Numbered from the stretch's first letter, positions 25,357 to 39,007 are shown. The stretch is 64,000 bases of DNA from Paraphysomonas bandaiensis (GCA_965644295.1 CBFFRP010000241.1:140972-204971); one strand, 5' to 3'. Notes: generated from the sequence alone by a model not told the origin. Numbers and translations are program-made.

Positions 25357-28300
25357 ATGAGCAGCGGTCATCCGTGCAGTCCGCTAGAGACTATAAACGA
25401 CATCCTGCTTAAAGGAGATCGCGACGGCACCCCCTCTAAAGAGCTCACTGTCTCTATAGGGACATGCTGCAGACAACTTGAGTCCAACACGTTTCCTGAA
25501 GATGAATTTTCGTCGTTCCTGAGTGAAGTGCACGATCATATCGTTGTTAAGGACTCAGCTGTGCGGTCGGTGCTGCTACGAGCCATACGATACGGACTGA
25601 AGTCTGAGCACGCGTGTGAACTGCTGATAAAACATGTGAGATTAAGTTCAATCTTATCATTTGCGCATAACTCATTCTTGTGAAATAAAGGGTATTCATA
25701 TTCTGGTTGTAGTTTCCCTTGAAAAGGATAATGATTTTTCCTGGGAACGAATGCAAGCCTTGAAGCTCATTAATAAGTTTATGGATCTGAGCCCTGATTC
25801 ATTTCCCCTTGCTTTCGCGAGGTCATTGGTAGCCGTGTCGATGGAAAAGAGTGACAACTTTCGTCGTGTAGTGTTAGAGTCATTACGTGAATTAGGTATC
25901 AAGAACACGAAAGTGGCATACGAGGCAGGAGCCTTCCGTGTACTCTTTGATGCAATCCTTGATCCAACAATCAGTTATCTCTCTGAGTCGATATTGATGA
26001 CAATGCTTTATTTGCTAAATAGCCCCAATACTCGGTAAGGCGTGTACAAAATTATATACATCTACGCATTTTAATCGTCGTCATAATCATTTGTTTAATA
26101 TACACTTTATTACAGATCGTTCGTACGACCTCATTTGGACCTTCAGTGTTTGGTAAGCAGCGTACACTCTTATGAATCTACACTTTAGATTGATTTTTTC
26201 GTTGTTATGGTCTTATACTTAATGTGTTCTGCGCTATAATCCTGAAAACTGACCTCATATTTATGTCAGCTGTCGCCGTTCACGGACTTGGATACTGTCC
26301 GCGGGGATGATTCGTTGAAACGATGGGACTTAGCTAAAGCCGCACTGGTAACGATGATGCGCTCATTCGGAGGGGTAGTTGAGTTGACGTCCGATCGTAT
26401 GGGACTTCCCGCTGTAGTGCAACTATTGTCAGACCCCAATGTACGAGCCATGCACACTTGCATGCATGGCAAAGCATGAAAATCATTATGCTGCAATAAT
26501 TGATGTAGTGAATATGAATTGTGGAGAGATAAATAACCTCTCCATCTTCGATGCCCTATGCTTATTGAAATTTATGTGTGTATTTTAACAGGTATCAGCT
26601 GTTGTCAAGGATGCAATTTTAGATTGCATAATGGAGATATTTGAGCCTGTAATAAACAAGGTAAGTTCGTATTGGTATAAACACCTTGCAATGTATTCCT
26701 TTGTGTATCGTTGTTTTTGTTTTCAGCATATTCTATGTCAACATTCTTTTGTCAATCCATTTTGTAACACCTCCTTCACATCGTTTTCCGTTGTAGCTGG
26801 AGTTCCGCAAAGCGCATGGAGCTGCTCATGTTGTTCAACAGAGCCAGAATTCACCCACGGCCTTGGCAGCGATGAGCTCTCAGAAGACATCGAAGCCGCG
26901 GTTTGTCCGCAGATCAACTGTTGGATCTGACTCTGATAGAGGTTGAAACATATACTCACTGTACATGCAAGAAATATGTATCAATGTCGAGACCGTTTTC
27001 AAACCGTATTTTGTGGAATTCATGTTTAACTCACTTTTATGATTTGTCATGATGCAGTCAGTACAATGAACAATATGCGGGGTAGATCGAACACTGACGG
27101 TAGCCGCTTGACTCGAGATACCTCTATGTCAGATGAGAACTTTCATGGCGCCCATACGTGCAGACAAGACAGTATTAGTCGGATAATTAATGACGAGGAC
27201 ACTGGAGAATCTGACACGCTTACCCCGCTTCCGTCATCGTTCCGCAAAACTAATGCGGGTGGGACAGAGAGGCAGTCGAAATCTCCTGGCGGAGGGATAG
27301 GACGAGGAGGAAAGCGACTTAGCATGTGGTGAGTTGACGGTTGAGATGACGCCAAACTCTGTATTTTAAGAAAAAAACAATATGTATTAATTTTCTATTT
27401 TGTTGCATATGCATATTTTCTATCGGCGGTAGATCCTATCTATATCGTTGTGTTGAACCCTTCGATGATATGATGTGAAAGTGGAAGCTAAATTGATTTA
27501 TGTTTATGTAGGACGCGCTTCACAACTCATGCTGAGCTGGCGGAGAAGATCAGCGTTGGTAAGTTGTGAATGTTATAGATTAATTATTCGATGTTAATTG
27601 GGAATTTTTCAGATCCTATTTACAATATGCTTGACAACTACGCGGCTTTAATATGTTGCTCATTTATACACGTACGGCTCTTCGATAATCTTTGCTGGCT
27701 CTGCGCTCATGGAGACTTACATATATCTGCCAGGTTATTGTGTGTCAACGTGTATCGATAATGTGGTGTAGTTGTTCTGTTGTCTACGTAAGAGAAACGA
27801 ACTGATGTTGTATTGCGCTGATTTAATATATACTGGGTGCTGATGGTGTGTAATAGATGCAAGGATGTAATGGTAGACCTGATGGGTGTAGTCTCGAAGG
27901 TTTGCACAGAGCGTGTCTGCAGTGAGCTCCTTACTCTTCCGTGTCTCATTGAGTATGCTGCCTCAGCAGCCGCAATGAAACATCCTGATAGGGCCTACAA
28001 GGCATCTGATATGCTGATTGCATTGTCTAACGCCTTTAGTCTGTCGAAAAGTAATGATACAACCTACCGACAGTCGAGCCAAGACCTTCGGTCGTCCTCG
28101 TCGCACTCAGGTAACGTGTCCTTTTTTGTTTTCATTTCATCGATACTTGTTGTTTCCATTGTCTGAATAATGTTTGATTTGTGTTTAAAGTATGATATTT
28201 ATTCATTTGTGTATGTCATATTTTGTGCAGGCGTTACGTCAAGTCGCGCATCGCGACGTTTTTCCGGTCGTACCTTGGAAGCTGTGATGGCGTCGAAAAA

Positions 28301-31300
28301 TAATACCTCAGGAACCTCTCAAGGCACGTCTATATCTACTATTAGCACGGAGCTTGTGCAGACCTCTTATACCAGTGGAACTGTTAACTCGAAAAAGGCA
28401 GAAATGATTCACGAGCTGAAACTGTTTATGAACGCTGTAATCGATAAGTCAGAGTGTACGAGACAAATGGAAATGTCTCGAATATTGGGAAAGGAAGGCA
28501 AAGAACCCTTCAGATGGGACTGGGCTGTTATTAATGACCTCCTCGACTATAGTCTACGGAATGCTGACCGTCTAGGGGAAGCTTTGAAAACTAAGTTTAT
28601 CAAGCGACTCTCAGGGTTTTATCGATGCTCGACGGAAGAGAAAGGTTACTTCGCCAATCTTGAATGGGAACCGAACCATTTGCATTACTTGGAATGTGCT
28701 TGCAATCTGTATACTATTCTAGCTGAGAGTGATAGTGGGCTGGGATTTCTGATGCATGATAGACGTGGACTATTGTTTGCAGAACTGGTTCGTGATCTCG
28801 AAGCAGTACTCACTATTGCTGCGGCCACGAAGACAGCTCAGCAGAATGGCCAAGTTTACGCAGTACCCCTGAGCAGGCACTCTCAAGTACTCAACGTCTT
28901 CCGCTCTGCGGGCTGTTCGCAGACAATGGCGAGGGAATATTTCTGCGTTATGGGTCGACTGTCCCATAGCCCTCAGGGGCGCCATCTTTTGAACTCCTGC
29001 CAAACGTATGATCACCTGAGTCGCTTGGGTCACTACGCCTCGTTGGACTATCTCAGTCGTGTGGCACTGACAGCATTGGGTTTTACAGATGGTGGGTTTA
29101 TGTCTAAGGATCTGTTGCAGATATACACCACATCAGGTGGAACTTCTCCGGATTTGAGGTTATACTGCCATACTTTACTCAGGGCACTTCTGAGGTCCAG
29201 GTCGCGGGAAGTGTGTGAGTGGGGCATGGAGTTAATGGTGGACCAGCTAGTGTACCCGCATGTTCCACGAAAATCTATCATAAGGTATATACATATTTTA
29301 TACAGAGTCTATATGATATATGATGGTGGTGTGTTATCCTCTATTAGCAATCCGATTAACACGTACCGGATTTGTGATATTGGCAGTTTTAATATTCTAT
29401 TTACAGATGTCTAGAGGAAGCAGCGCAAGATAGAGAATATTTGAAAGAGCTCATTCTAAAGGAACCGGAAATTGTTGGAGATGACATGACGAATCTTTTG
29501 ATTCGCTTTCTCGCACTTCCTGAGGGTTTTCACTACTTGAGCGCTTTGAATTGGGTAGAAAAGGAGCTTTCTCACTGGAAGTCTCATAAGTGTAAGGAGT
29601 ATGCCAGTCGTGTCGAATTGGCGCTCGCGAAAGGCTTAAACAGTACGTACTTGAGTCGACAATACAGCCAAGCTGTGAGCCCCATACCTGTCACTGCACA
29701 AGCTTTTTCAAGCCATCCATCAGCTCCCTCTGGACTGCAATATCCGGATGGTGGAGTTGATATTGAGGGACTTCTGCGTATGCCGTGGAACATTGAGGTC
29801 AAAGTCACCGGACCGTCCGGAGTGGAGGCAGAATATGTCAAGGTGGATACATATTTAGATTCCTCTGAGCTTGGATGTCCTGCATCTAATGATATGACCT
29901 CTGATACTCTGCGATTGGTTAAAGTTCGTGGTGTAGTTTTGGACAAACAGGGAATTCCTTCCGGTCATGCAGTTATGAACGACCGCACACTGATGAGCGC
30001 ATTGCTCTGTGGGGTTTGTCCTGTTAAGAGAGACGGGGTAGTCATGCCTTCAGAAGAACGTTCAACGAGCTCGTCGAATCCCATTTCGAATACCACGTCT
30101 GGTGACATGAGAGGGTCACTTGGAAATTCAACTGTCAATCACTCTATACACCGACGTAGAAAATCCGTGGCAGCTGCAAAGAGCTCATACTCCTCTCCAG
30201 ATCTTCTAGGCAGTGTTAGAGGGTCATATTGTGAGCCTGCGCCCGAATGGTCTACCAGTGGTGATGTACCGTTGACATTTTTATCCGACCACTTACAGGA
30301 CTGGACGAAGTGTAAACCTTCGCACCGACTGAAGCTTCGACAGATTGACATTCCCGGTACAGACAGATTTGCTGTTGAGATTAGTGGTGAACCGACGGTA
30401 TTTATTTTTAGTCGCAATGCTCCTAGCTCTAAGGGCTCTGACCGCCATGCTCAAACGAGAATCGATTCTCGCCCGCAACAACCTTCTGTGGCTTACTTAG
30501 TGGAGGTACATTACGTATTGAGGCTACAGACTGGCCAGGCTGCGTTTTTGCCCCTTCCGCGACACATGTATGGCGAGCTATCACGTACATCTGCAGGCAT
30601 GAAGCTTATGCATTCGCAGAATATTATTCCAGACCTCCTTCTTCGAGCACAGGCCGTGTCAACACCTTCCTGTGACGTGATCGCCGCGCTATGGGCACTT
30701 GGACATATTTCGTCGTCTGAGAACGGCATCCAGGCTATTATTGCGATAGATAAAAATTTTGTCGCGTGGTGCATTGAAATTGCGACTGAGAACCGGAGCT
30801 ACTCTGTGCGAGCAGTGGCATTTACTGTGCTAGGTCTTATCAGCCGTACTGAGAAAGGAAGCCAACAATTGAGTTCCTGTGGGTGGGAAGCTGCCCCCAT
30901 ACATTACATTGCAGTTGCAGTGCCCAAAGACCCGTCAGTATTGTTTGAGAGTGCGATAAATAATAGTCCAGATATGGAACATATGGGGCAGACTGAGTTG
31001 GCTATGAGCTCGCCATTCCACAGGCGATTCAGAGATACCACTACCTGGTTTGGTTTCGATGGATCTGATGGGGATCTTGAGAGCAATATTCTTCAATGTA
31101 TTGCGAAGCTTCCTGGACAGCTTCTATACAAGGACTCCTATGCGACCCTCATGAAATACCATACCTCTCACTCGGAGATGTTTCAAAGTCGCAAGTTGTA
31201 TATGGCTGTGCATGATATACTCGCAAATTACACATTTAAATTGAGTCTGAGGAGGATGATCATGGGCCTCTTTTCTCCAGGCGCGAAAAAGGCAGACGTG

Positions 31301-31321
31301 GTACATCATGGGCTACCTTGA
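25357..31321 (+). CDS. RICTOR: RICTOR (TORC2 subunit, Avo3/Ste20-like), multi-exon
   Basis: N domain ERMQALKLINKF..ARSLVAV..LLNSPNTR, LSPFTD. M domain KEPFRWDWAVINDLL..KFIKRLSGFYR. C-terminal LPRHMYGELSRT..AALWALGHISSSENG..SVRAVAFTVLGLISRT. GT-AG introns separate the ORF pieces; exon boundaries are approximate. Confidence 0.92.
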
Positions 31322-31710
31322 AATATGATGTGTTGTAATAATATGAGTGCTTGAATGGACCCGTTGTAGTACCAGTAGTAGGACATGTCAGAGTGCATAC
31401 ACTAATAAACACGTCGTTCACACAATGCATTGTAGCAATTTCTTGGCATCTGTACAACCGCACGCTTGCAATATGCATTCTTTCATTGCGACGAGTATTG
31501 ATGTCAATATATAATATATATAACGATGTGCTCAAGAAAATGGGGCATAGAATAGTTTGTAAGGATTCTGGATAAAGTATAATACTTCGGCAGCAACCCT
31601 TAACTTATCATAATGTGGTAGTGAACGATTTGAACAATCATAGTAGTGAATGTTTTATTATTAACAATTGGCGTGTAAGAGTCAGTGATTAACTCTGATT
31701 TCCTTTATTT

Positions 31711-32081
31711 AAAGCTGCTTGTGCCTCACCACAAGCACCAAGGTGCAAAGCTTTTGCTCTATCACTCAAAGCAAACGCAGTGAACAAGCAAAATGCAGTT
31801 AAACCTGACATCTGCTGTCCTTGAGATGAAAAGCTCAGATGCTTGACTTCAGCAGGCAGTCCAACACTCCGGATTCCCTTGAGGTTGGTCCATTCCCGGA
31901 TGCCTGTTTATTCATCAAGGCCCGAAGACGTCTACACGTCTACACAAGTACTAAGCTATGAGTGGACAGAACAATATCTTCTGACTATATATGCTGTTAG
32001 AATGCGGCTCACGTTAGTTTCCAGGTGAAATATCTCCGGTACTTACCCCACAGAACACCACGAAAAGGTGCGAGTCCGACT
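31711..32081 (-). repeat. Diverged copy of the 32480-32979 repeat family
   Basis: Shared blocks AAAGCTGCTTGTGC..CAAGCACCAAGGTGC, GATGCTTGACTTCAGCAGGCAG, CCTGTTTATTC, GCTATGAGTGG, GCGGCTCA, GCGAGTCCGACT. Confidence 0.8.
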
Positions 32082-32479
32082 ATACCTCTATACCAAGAGT
32101 GAGTAGTCATTGATGAAGCTGTTGCCTTCTCCATTGTCTTTGTCCGTATTATTAGAAGTTCTGAATGTATGGCAGTTCAATGGATTAGACCTGCTGTCTA
32201 CTGCTCAGAATTTAATAAGCGAGTATATGTGACTGCTCTCGGAGTAGCTTTACGGTATATCTTTCCGAACAATTTCATGTTAATTTCAGTTTAGAAATTG
32301 TATTACGTTAAGAGTGGATGTGACCAGCAAGCTTACCAAAATTATAAAAATTTTTACTTTCGAAGTATAATATGTGATATAGTTTATATATAGTAGTAAA
32401 AAAAATAGCAATTCTGTTACAATGTTACAATGAGATAAGATTAATTTTATACTAGTTTAAGTTGTAAAGCATTTAAAAT

Positions 32480-32979
32480 ATATTGAAAGTCTTTTATTTA
32501 GCAATAGGCGTTAAAAGCCTGCACCGATTTAGTAGCTAGATGAATGCTAGTCAACCTAGCTAGAGACCTCTACCTGTACCTAATCAGTACAAACTCTATT
32601 ATCCTACTACTTAACCCTACGAAAGCTGCTTGTGCGTCGCCGCAAGCACCAAGGTGCGACCACTTCCGTTCTGAGTCCTTAAGGTGAACATCCCGGATGC
32701 TTGACTTCAGCAGGCAGCCCAATACCCCGGTTACTCTTCAGGTGGGCCCTGTCCCGGATGCCCTTGTGGTGGGCCCATTTCCGGATTCCTGTTTATTCGT
32801 CAGGGGTCAGGGCCCAAAGACGTCTACACAAGTGACACTTTTTAGTACACAAGCATTCGGCTATGAGTGGGCAGAATAATATATCTGCTGACTATGCTTG
32901 CGGCTCATGTTAGAGAGAGAATCTCTTCGGTACTTATCCCCCATACCCCATAACACCACGACAAGGGGCGAGTCCGACT
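32480..32979 (-). repeat. ~500-bp structured dispersed repeat (SINE-like), most complete copy
   Basis: Homologous to 31711-32081 (direct) and 49563-49743 (inverted). The minus-strand 3' end carries AATAAAAGACTTTCAATA. Confidence 0.75.
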
Positions 32980-33393
32980 TTGTTGAGGGCTTTAAAATAT
33001 AATGTTTACTTTCTATGGAGATATGGAGTACAAGAACAACGTATATAGACTACTATTTAAACTTACATCACGGTAAACTACATACAGTGCAATTTTCCTT
33101 TTAGCTAGCTGAATTGTGTTGACCATAGTCTCTTACTAACTGGATGAGAGTGATGATACGTTGAATGTGATGCGAGTTGTCAAGTTGATCGCGGTTTTCG
33201 TTTCACAATTAACTTATACTATTTCACTGTCGCTATTAAGAATTACTCAATTTATTGAATTCTGTACAACGTAATATAATATATTCTAAAGTCTAAAGTA
33301 GCACCCTAATTTTCTCAACTTTATGATATCTACACATTTTGCTAAATTATAAAAGCACAATTATGTATAGTACAAATGTATTGCGCACTTCCG

Positions 33394-35943
33394 CTACGGA
33401 GACTGAAATGCTGTAGTCTTTTTACGTCTGAAGCGGCCAGTTCTCTTCACTTTACCTTCTACATTTGAATTAGTACTTTGCATTTGTGAAGTGGTATGTA
33501 AAGTACGATCAGAACTGGAGGAAAGTTCGCTTGTAAGAGCCGAGTGAGTCTTGGTAAAAGTTTTCATACGGTCATAGAGACTTCCATATACTGATGGAAG
33601 CGCTTTGCCAATGAGAACAGAGTACCTATCGAAGTAGTCGATAGCTGTTTTCATGTCACGAACAGCTCGGATTTGAATAGCTTTATCTGTCAGCTTGCTT
33701 CCACAACCACCACTATTGGTGAATGATACGGCCAGAGCAAGTGTCTCTTCTTGTATGTTGCCGGGTGTCGCTAGAGGAGTGTCATGATATCCTGTGAGAT
33801 AGAAGAATATTAGCAACAGATTCAGGTGCAATAGGTGCATCTCACGCACGCACACACAATAATGTATACCGTACATTCTACAATGTAGCTGGGGATCCAC
33901 TTACCATTGAGTGTCGTCGTCATATGTTTTTGAGCCTCTTCAAATATCCCTAGACTCTCTTCTTCACGCCCATTTAACTCCATGCACATCCGGACTGCCA
34001 ACCTGTCCAACAGCCGCGATCCCTCTTTAAGAGGGTCAATGCTAATGTAGTCTACACCATAGTATCCAACTCGATGAAGCTCACGCCATATGTCTGCTGC
34101 CTGTCAAATGAAATGAGATATCATCAACCTACCAAGTCATCAACAAATATTCACGTAATGGTATAACACTACACGTATATATCGTCAACAACAACACACT
34201 CACAGCTAACATCGACGGAAGAGCGTCAGCAAAACTGTATCCCGCCTTCTCCTTTGCATCAAACAGAAACTGGTAATATTTGAACTCATAGTATCTTCCT
34301 TTTCCGTAGAAACTACCAGAAAGATAGCGCTGTAACTGTGGTATAAGGCTGTTGCCAACATCTTCAAGCAAGGAAACAACCGTCGCATACTCTTTAGATG
34401 CGAGAGAGGATGACTGCGACTGCAATAATTCGTAGTTCGAGTTCTTGAAGTCCATAATATCGTACGCTGTACTGATAGTCATACGAAACTTCTCTGCAAT
34501 GAACAAACGCATGTCTTCGTTCCTCGAATGTGTGCTAACGGCCGCGCTGCTGTATAACAGCGCGACCTTTTTAAATGTACTATAGCAGAATTCTAAGCTC
34601 TGAGATGCCAATTCATAGTACTCTATGGTACTCTGTTCCTCATCTGTTCCTCTATCATCAGGCTGCTTGATGAGGTTTAGAGTTTTACTATGAATTCTGT
34701 CCACCTGCTGCCATATACTTCTTAGAGTATGATGGGATATCTCTTCACGTATCTCAAATTGAGGCCGGGAGTCTCGTAGTCGCTTTAGTTCTGCGACCCG
34801 GTAGCCCTGTAGATCATCGTGGAACTGCTTTAGCACCGACAGGGAAAGAGATAATTGTCTTGGTACATCTGTCCAACCATATCCGCGAGCAAGTTCTGCA
34901 TCAAATAGATTGGAGTCCAATTTTCCAGCAACCATATCGGATACAGCTTCAGGATTACTGTCCGGAAGAACTCTTTCTGTGTAACTATCATGTGCTATAC
35001 GTGCATTGCAGAGAGTCATCAGTCCCATTTTGAAAACGTGTTTGCGGTATGTGTTTGTCTCTCCCGCTAAATGAAGTACCTTTTATGTTTATATATAATC
35101 AACCAGTAAAATATACGAATATATCCATATTCTATTGCTACCTACCTGGTTGTACTCCTGTTGATGAAGCCACGGCGGAAAGTAGCTATTGACTGCGTCT
35201 GCACGCAACACTTGAACCTTCTCTTTATCTGCTTCCGGCAATGATGTGTGCAGGAGCAGTAGTGCAGTTTGATCACTCATACGATCTCTCTCGAAATCAT
35301 TCCACCACCTCGTCAGGAAGTCTCTGGTCCATGGCGTGTTACGTACGAGAATATAACCACTATTCGCAAGTGCTGGTGCTCCAGAAATATCTTTCGACAT
35401 AACAACATCTGCATGGGGGTAGGCTTCACCAATAGCTTGCACAGACATACCCATATCCATGACTATGAGATCCGCATCAAGCCATACGACATACTCCGCA
35501 CTAGATGCACACCCGTCGGCCTCTAAAGCATCCAATAATATTTTTACTTTGTTCCAGCGCTGATCCCTTGGCTCAAAGTTATGACCCTTTGATGGTGAGA
35601 ATATGCTGAAGGCGTAGCTGTTGTGTTCCGCATACATCGCATTGATGAGAGCCGCATACGCCGCATAGTCAGCTATGTGATCTGAGATATAAGTAACGAG
35701 AGACACCTCAGAAGAGACACTGACAGAGAGAGACTCCATCCGTTCATTGGTACACTCTAGTAAACTCTCAGTGTTATCAATATGGTGACAGCAGGAGTGT
35801 GTGTGGTTCATGTATATGTGAGCTGGTTGGTCTCGTGGATGAGAGACGATCTGACCAACACAGCAACACACACACACACACACACACAACATCCTTAGAG
35901 TCCAACACCTCATCATCACTACTGCTAACACACGCACTAACAA
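33394..35943 (-). CDS. Glycosyltransferase, GT34 / GMA12-MNN10-like N-terminal domain with a long helical C-terminus, multi-exon
   Basis: DQRWNKVKIL, YVVWLDADL (DxD), NSGYILVRNTPWTRDFLTRWW, SDQTAL; N-terminal signal anchor. Downstream ORFs 34129-35028, 33822-34010 and 33394-33900 look like further exons. Exact start uncertain (in-frame ATG ~35916). Confidence 0.8.
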
Positions 35944-36221
35944 GTAGAAGTCATGGGCCTGCAGGTGTCCAGCTGTCCTCCTCTCTGTCTCTGTCTCTGT
36001 CTCTGTCTCTGTCTCTACTCAGAGATATGTGGGGAGATAGCAGGCATGCATATGCCTATATATACATACACATATATGTATAGATAGAATACAGCAGTAT
36101 ATATATAGGTATACGTATACTGTACTGTCCTCTCTCTATGTATATACTGTACTGTCCTCGGTATACAGTATTCTGCTGTCGGATATACGGCCGTTAGGCT
36201 GTGATGTATGTGTGTACAGCA

Positions 36222-36327
36222 GTATCTTATTTTTCGGGAATACATTGAAGCAAAAATCCTCTATATTACATACACATAACTACGGCTGGAATACAGATAA
36301 TTGTTGTCTCAATATTAGACGCATCTT
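36222..36327 (-). promoter_or_regulatory. ~105-bp conserved non-coding element, copy A (upstream of the GT34 gene)
   Basis: Reverse complement of 51591-51696, with exact 34-bp and 19-bp blocks. A regulatory role is inference. Confidence 0.5.
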
Positions 36328-38094
36328 GTACATATAGCAGCGTATAGTGCACTGTGCATGAGGGGCTTCAAGAACTAGATCTGGAACAAGAACAAGCAGA
36401 AGATGTGGATGCAGCCTGCTGCTGATGATGATGATAAGATACGGAGATATGAAGCAGGCTCTGAGGATGTCATCCTTCCGCCTGAAAGCATTCGATGTGA
36501 CGTAGTGGCCTGTGTGTGTCTTATGATTCCGTTATTCGAGGCAACTCCTCCCATATGCGAGCACTTGCAGTGGACACAGTTCAATTGACGACACTCCGTC
36601 TCCATCATAGCGATCGTTCTCCCGCCGTATCTTCATGGTGAGCAGATCGCCGTATATGTTGCTCTATCGTTCTCTCGCCCTTTGCTCAGGCCACTATATG
36701 CCCATACTATCACCGTATAGGCAACGCTTGTTATATAGACAACACGTCGCCTCTTCTTCTTATTACAGTAAATAGAGAAGACCTCTGCTTGCTCGATATC
36801 ATCATCTTCATCACTATCATCATCCCTGGCAACCACTTCAAGCGTGATAATGATATACAGCACTGCTGTTGTATATATCTTAAAACTTCAAGTCCCTCAT
36901 ATTCTTATTAAATTAATGATTAATCTGTCAATTCATCATTGTTAAAATATGTTACTCCACACACCATTGTCATATATGTATTATCATTTAATATTTTTTA
37001 CTTTTTACCTGATCTGGGTATATGGAGGATGTGGGTAATCTGGGGATGAGAACCCAACATTTCATGATATTTTCTTACCCATTATCCTAAACCAACAGTG
37101 GCTAAGGCTTTAGCAGTAGGTAAAGCCGTTTTTTACCAGATTATTGTCCGCTGCGTTTATTACCTGAACCAGCATTGAGCGTAGAGATACAGAGACAGGA
37201 TGTGGATTCAAATATACAACTATATGTCAGTCATTCAGTGCTAGATTTAGGTTTATTTAGCGCGCTAATACCCTAAAGCAAACTATTTACAAACGTGGGG
37301 ATGATTTTCAAATTTGGGACTTTTTAGTTAAAGTCATATTATACGAGTATTTTTAATAATAATATTCCCAATTAATGTTATTCGAGTGGTTTGCAAGAAG
37401 TATCCTTATAATAAAACATTACAATATGATAGAATTTATTCTCTGCGTCAAGTAAGTTCACCTACAACTTCTGGGGCTGAACCTGCTGCACCAGTACATT
37501 TCCATAGGTACAACTTCTACTTCATAACTACCACAGATTCTAGTGACCCATTTTCCTGACGGTTTTGGTCGAGGTTTCAGCAACGCTTGTTTCATTTCTT
37601 CAATAACTTCACCGTCTATGGTCTATTCATCATACTGCTCTACATATATATATTACCCACATTGAACTTTGTATTTGAGTCGTATACTCAATGCTGCGGT
37701 CTACTTATAGTGATAAACGTATTATTTTATACATTTGAATGTATAGCAACAAGAGGTAGATTAAACTCCTTTTTTTCTAGTTGTCAAATAGCACAAAAAG
37801 TCATCTGCTGGTTAATACGTGCTCTGTCTCAGCCAGGATGAGCACTTTCACCAACCCTATCACTCTGGCAAGTTTTCTTTGATAAACTCTTTTTGCCTTC
37901 ATCCCTAATGAGCTTTGCTAACTGTCCATTAAGAGCTGTAATTCGCGCATGGGCCCCAGGCTTGCGTAACTATTAATTGTCAAGTAATGACAGACGTTCA
38001 ACAATAAGGATTGCAATTATCAGTCTAGCATCCAATTGACACACAGCTATTAGTTGCCTTCAATTCTATTTGATAGATTTTAGAATAACTATCT

Positions 38095-38409
38095 GAACTA
38101 CTATAACCGCATCCCAAAGATGCCGATTTTTACGAATCACATCAACATTTCAAGGTGTCTAGGCGTCACACGCTTGCGAAAGTCAGTCATAACGATTTTA
38201 GCTCTTCTAAACAACTTCTCACAAACATTGGTAGTGCTATACAAATGCTTCATCATCATGCAACGATATCGTGTTTGCAGTTTGATGTGTGTTTTTTGCG
38301 CTTTTTTGTCTTTAAGTAAACGAATGGCCTCGTCTTTCTCATCATCATTTTTCTCTTCATTGAGTTCAATTTTGCGTGCAGGTACATTATTTATTAAAAA
38401 GAGTCGCAC
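38095..38409 (-). pseudogene. Second hAT transposase C-terminal remnant
   Basis: YSTTNVCEKLFRRAKIVMTDFRKRVTPRHLEML, then RKNRHLWDAVI after a frameshift. Clearly related to the remnant at 22040-22267. No TIRs found. Confidence 0.75.
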
Positions 38410-39007
38410 CTGTGCTTTTTCACTATATATATAATTATGTTAGCAAATTAATTGGCAATGTGTACCAATCTTTGAGTTCTATGAGGGCTAAATACGTGAG
38501 AACATTAGAGCCGAAAGTTAACTCAAAAGGAGAATAACGATTCTTCAATGGCCTCATAATTCAGAATAAACTGAACACTAGGTGCTCAACTCGATTCCTC
38601 AAAGATATTTTATTCCGCACACAGTAATTTTATACTTGAACTAGTCGAGTTTAGGAACAGCTCTCGCCTTGAGAAGATGAGGGATTCTGAGGTGAGATTG
38701 TGGTAACTATTTGATCCTTCGTGACTACTGAAAAGTGTGAAAAATGTTTGTCCTCATGATATGGATTATATCCGGGAGTTTTAAGCTCCCAGCTGAAGTT
38801 AAACTTTATTAACAATAATTTATCGCCACAACACACAAGCTTGATTTGGATCGCGTTTTTTCCTAATAAAAACTTTTCCGGTACTTAACCCTCACAACAC
38901 CAGGGAGTCTTTCTTGAATATGTGCACTATTAACTACAGTAGATATTGTGCAAAAGTGCAAACGTTCGAAATTTTTTGAAATTTCAATTTTACAAAAACA
39001 CTGGATG

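Noticed and set aside
32770-32980. Hammerhead (CTGACGA..GAAA) or HDV-like ribozyme in the SINE-like repeat
   Set aside because: Stem II cannot form and the other copy has TTGATGA. For HDV, no P1 partner or catalytic C was found. Kept only as a generic structured-RNA candidate.
36375-36863. Short ORFs upstream of the GT34 gene
   Set aside because: No recognisable motif in any frame and interrupted by stops. Could be a decayed fragment but not supportable.
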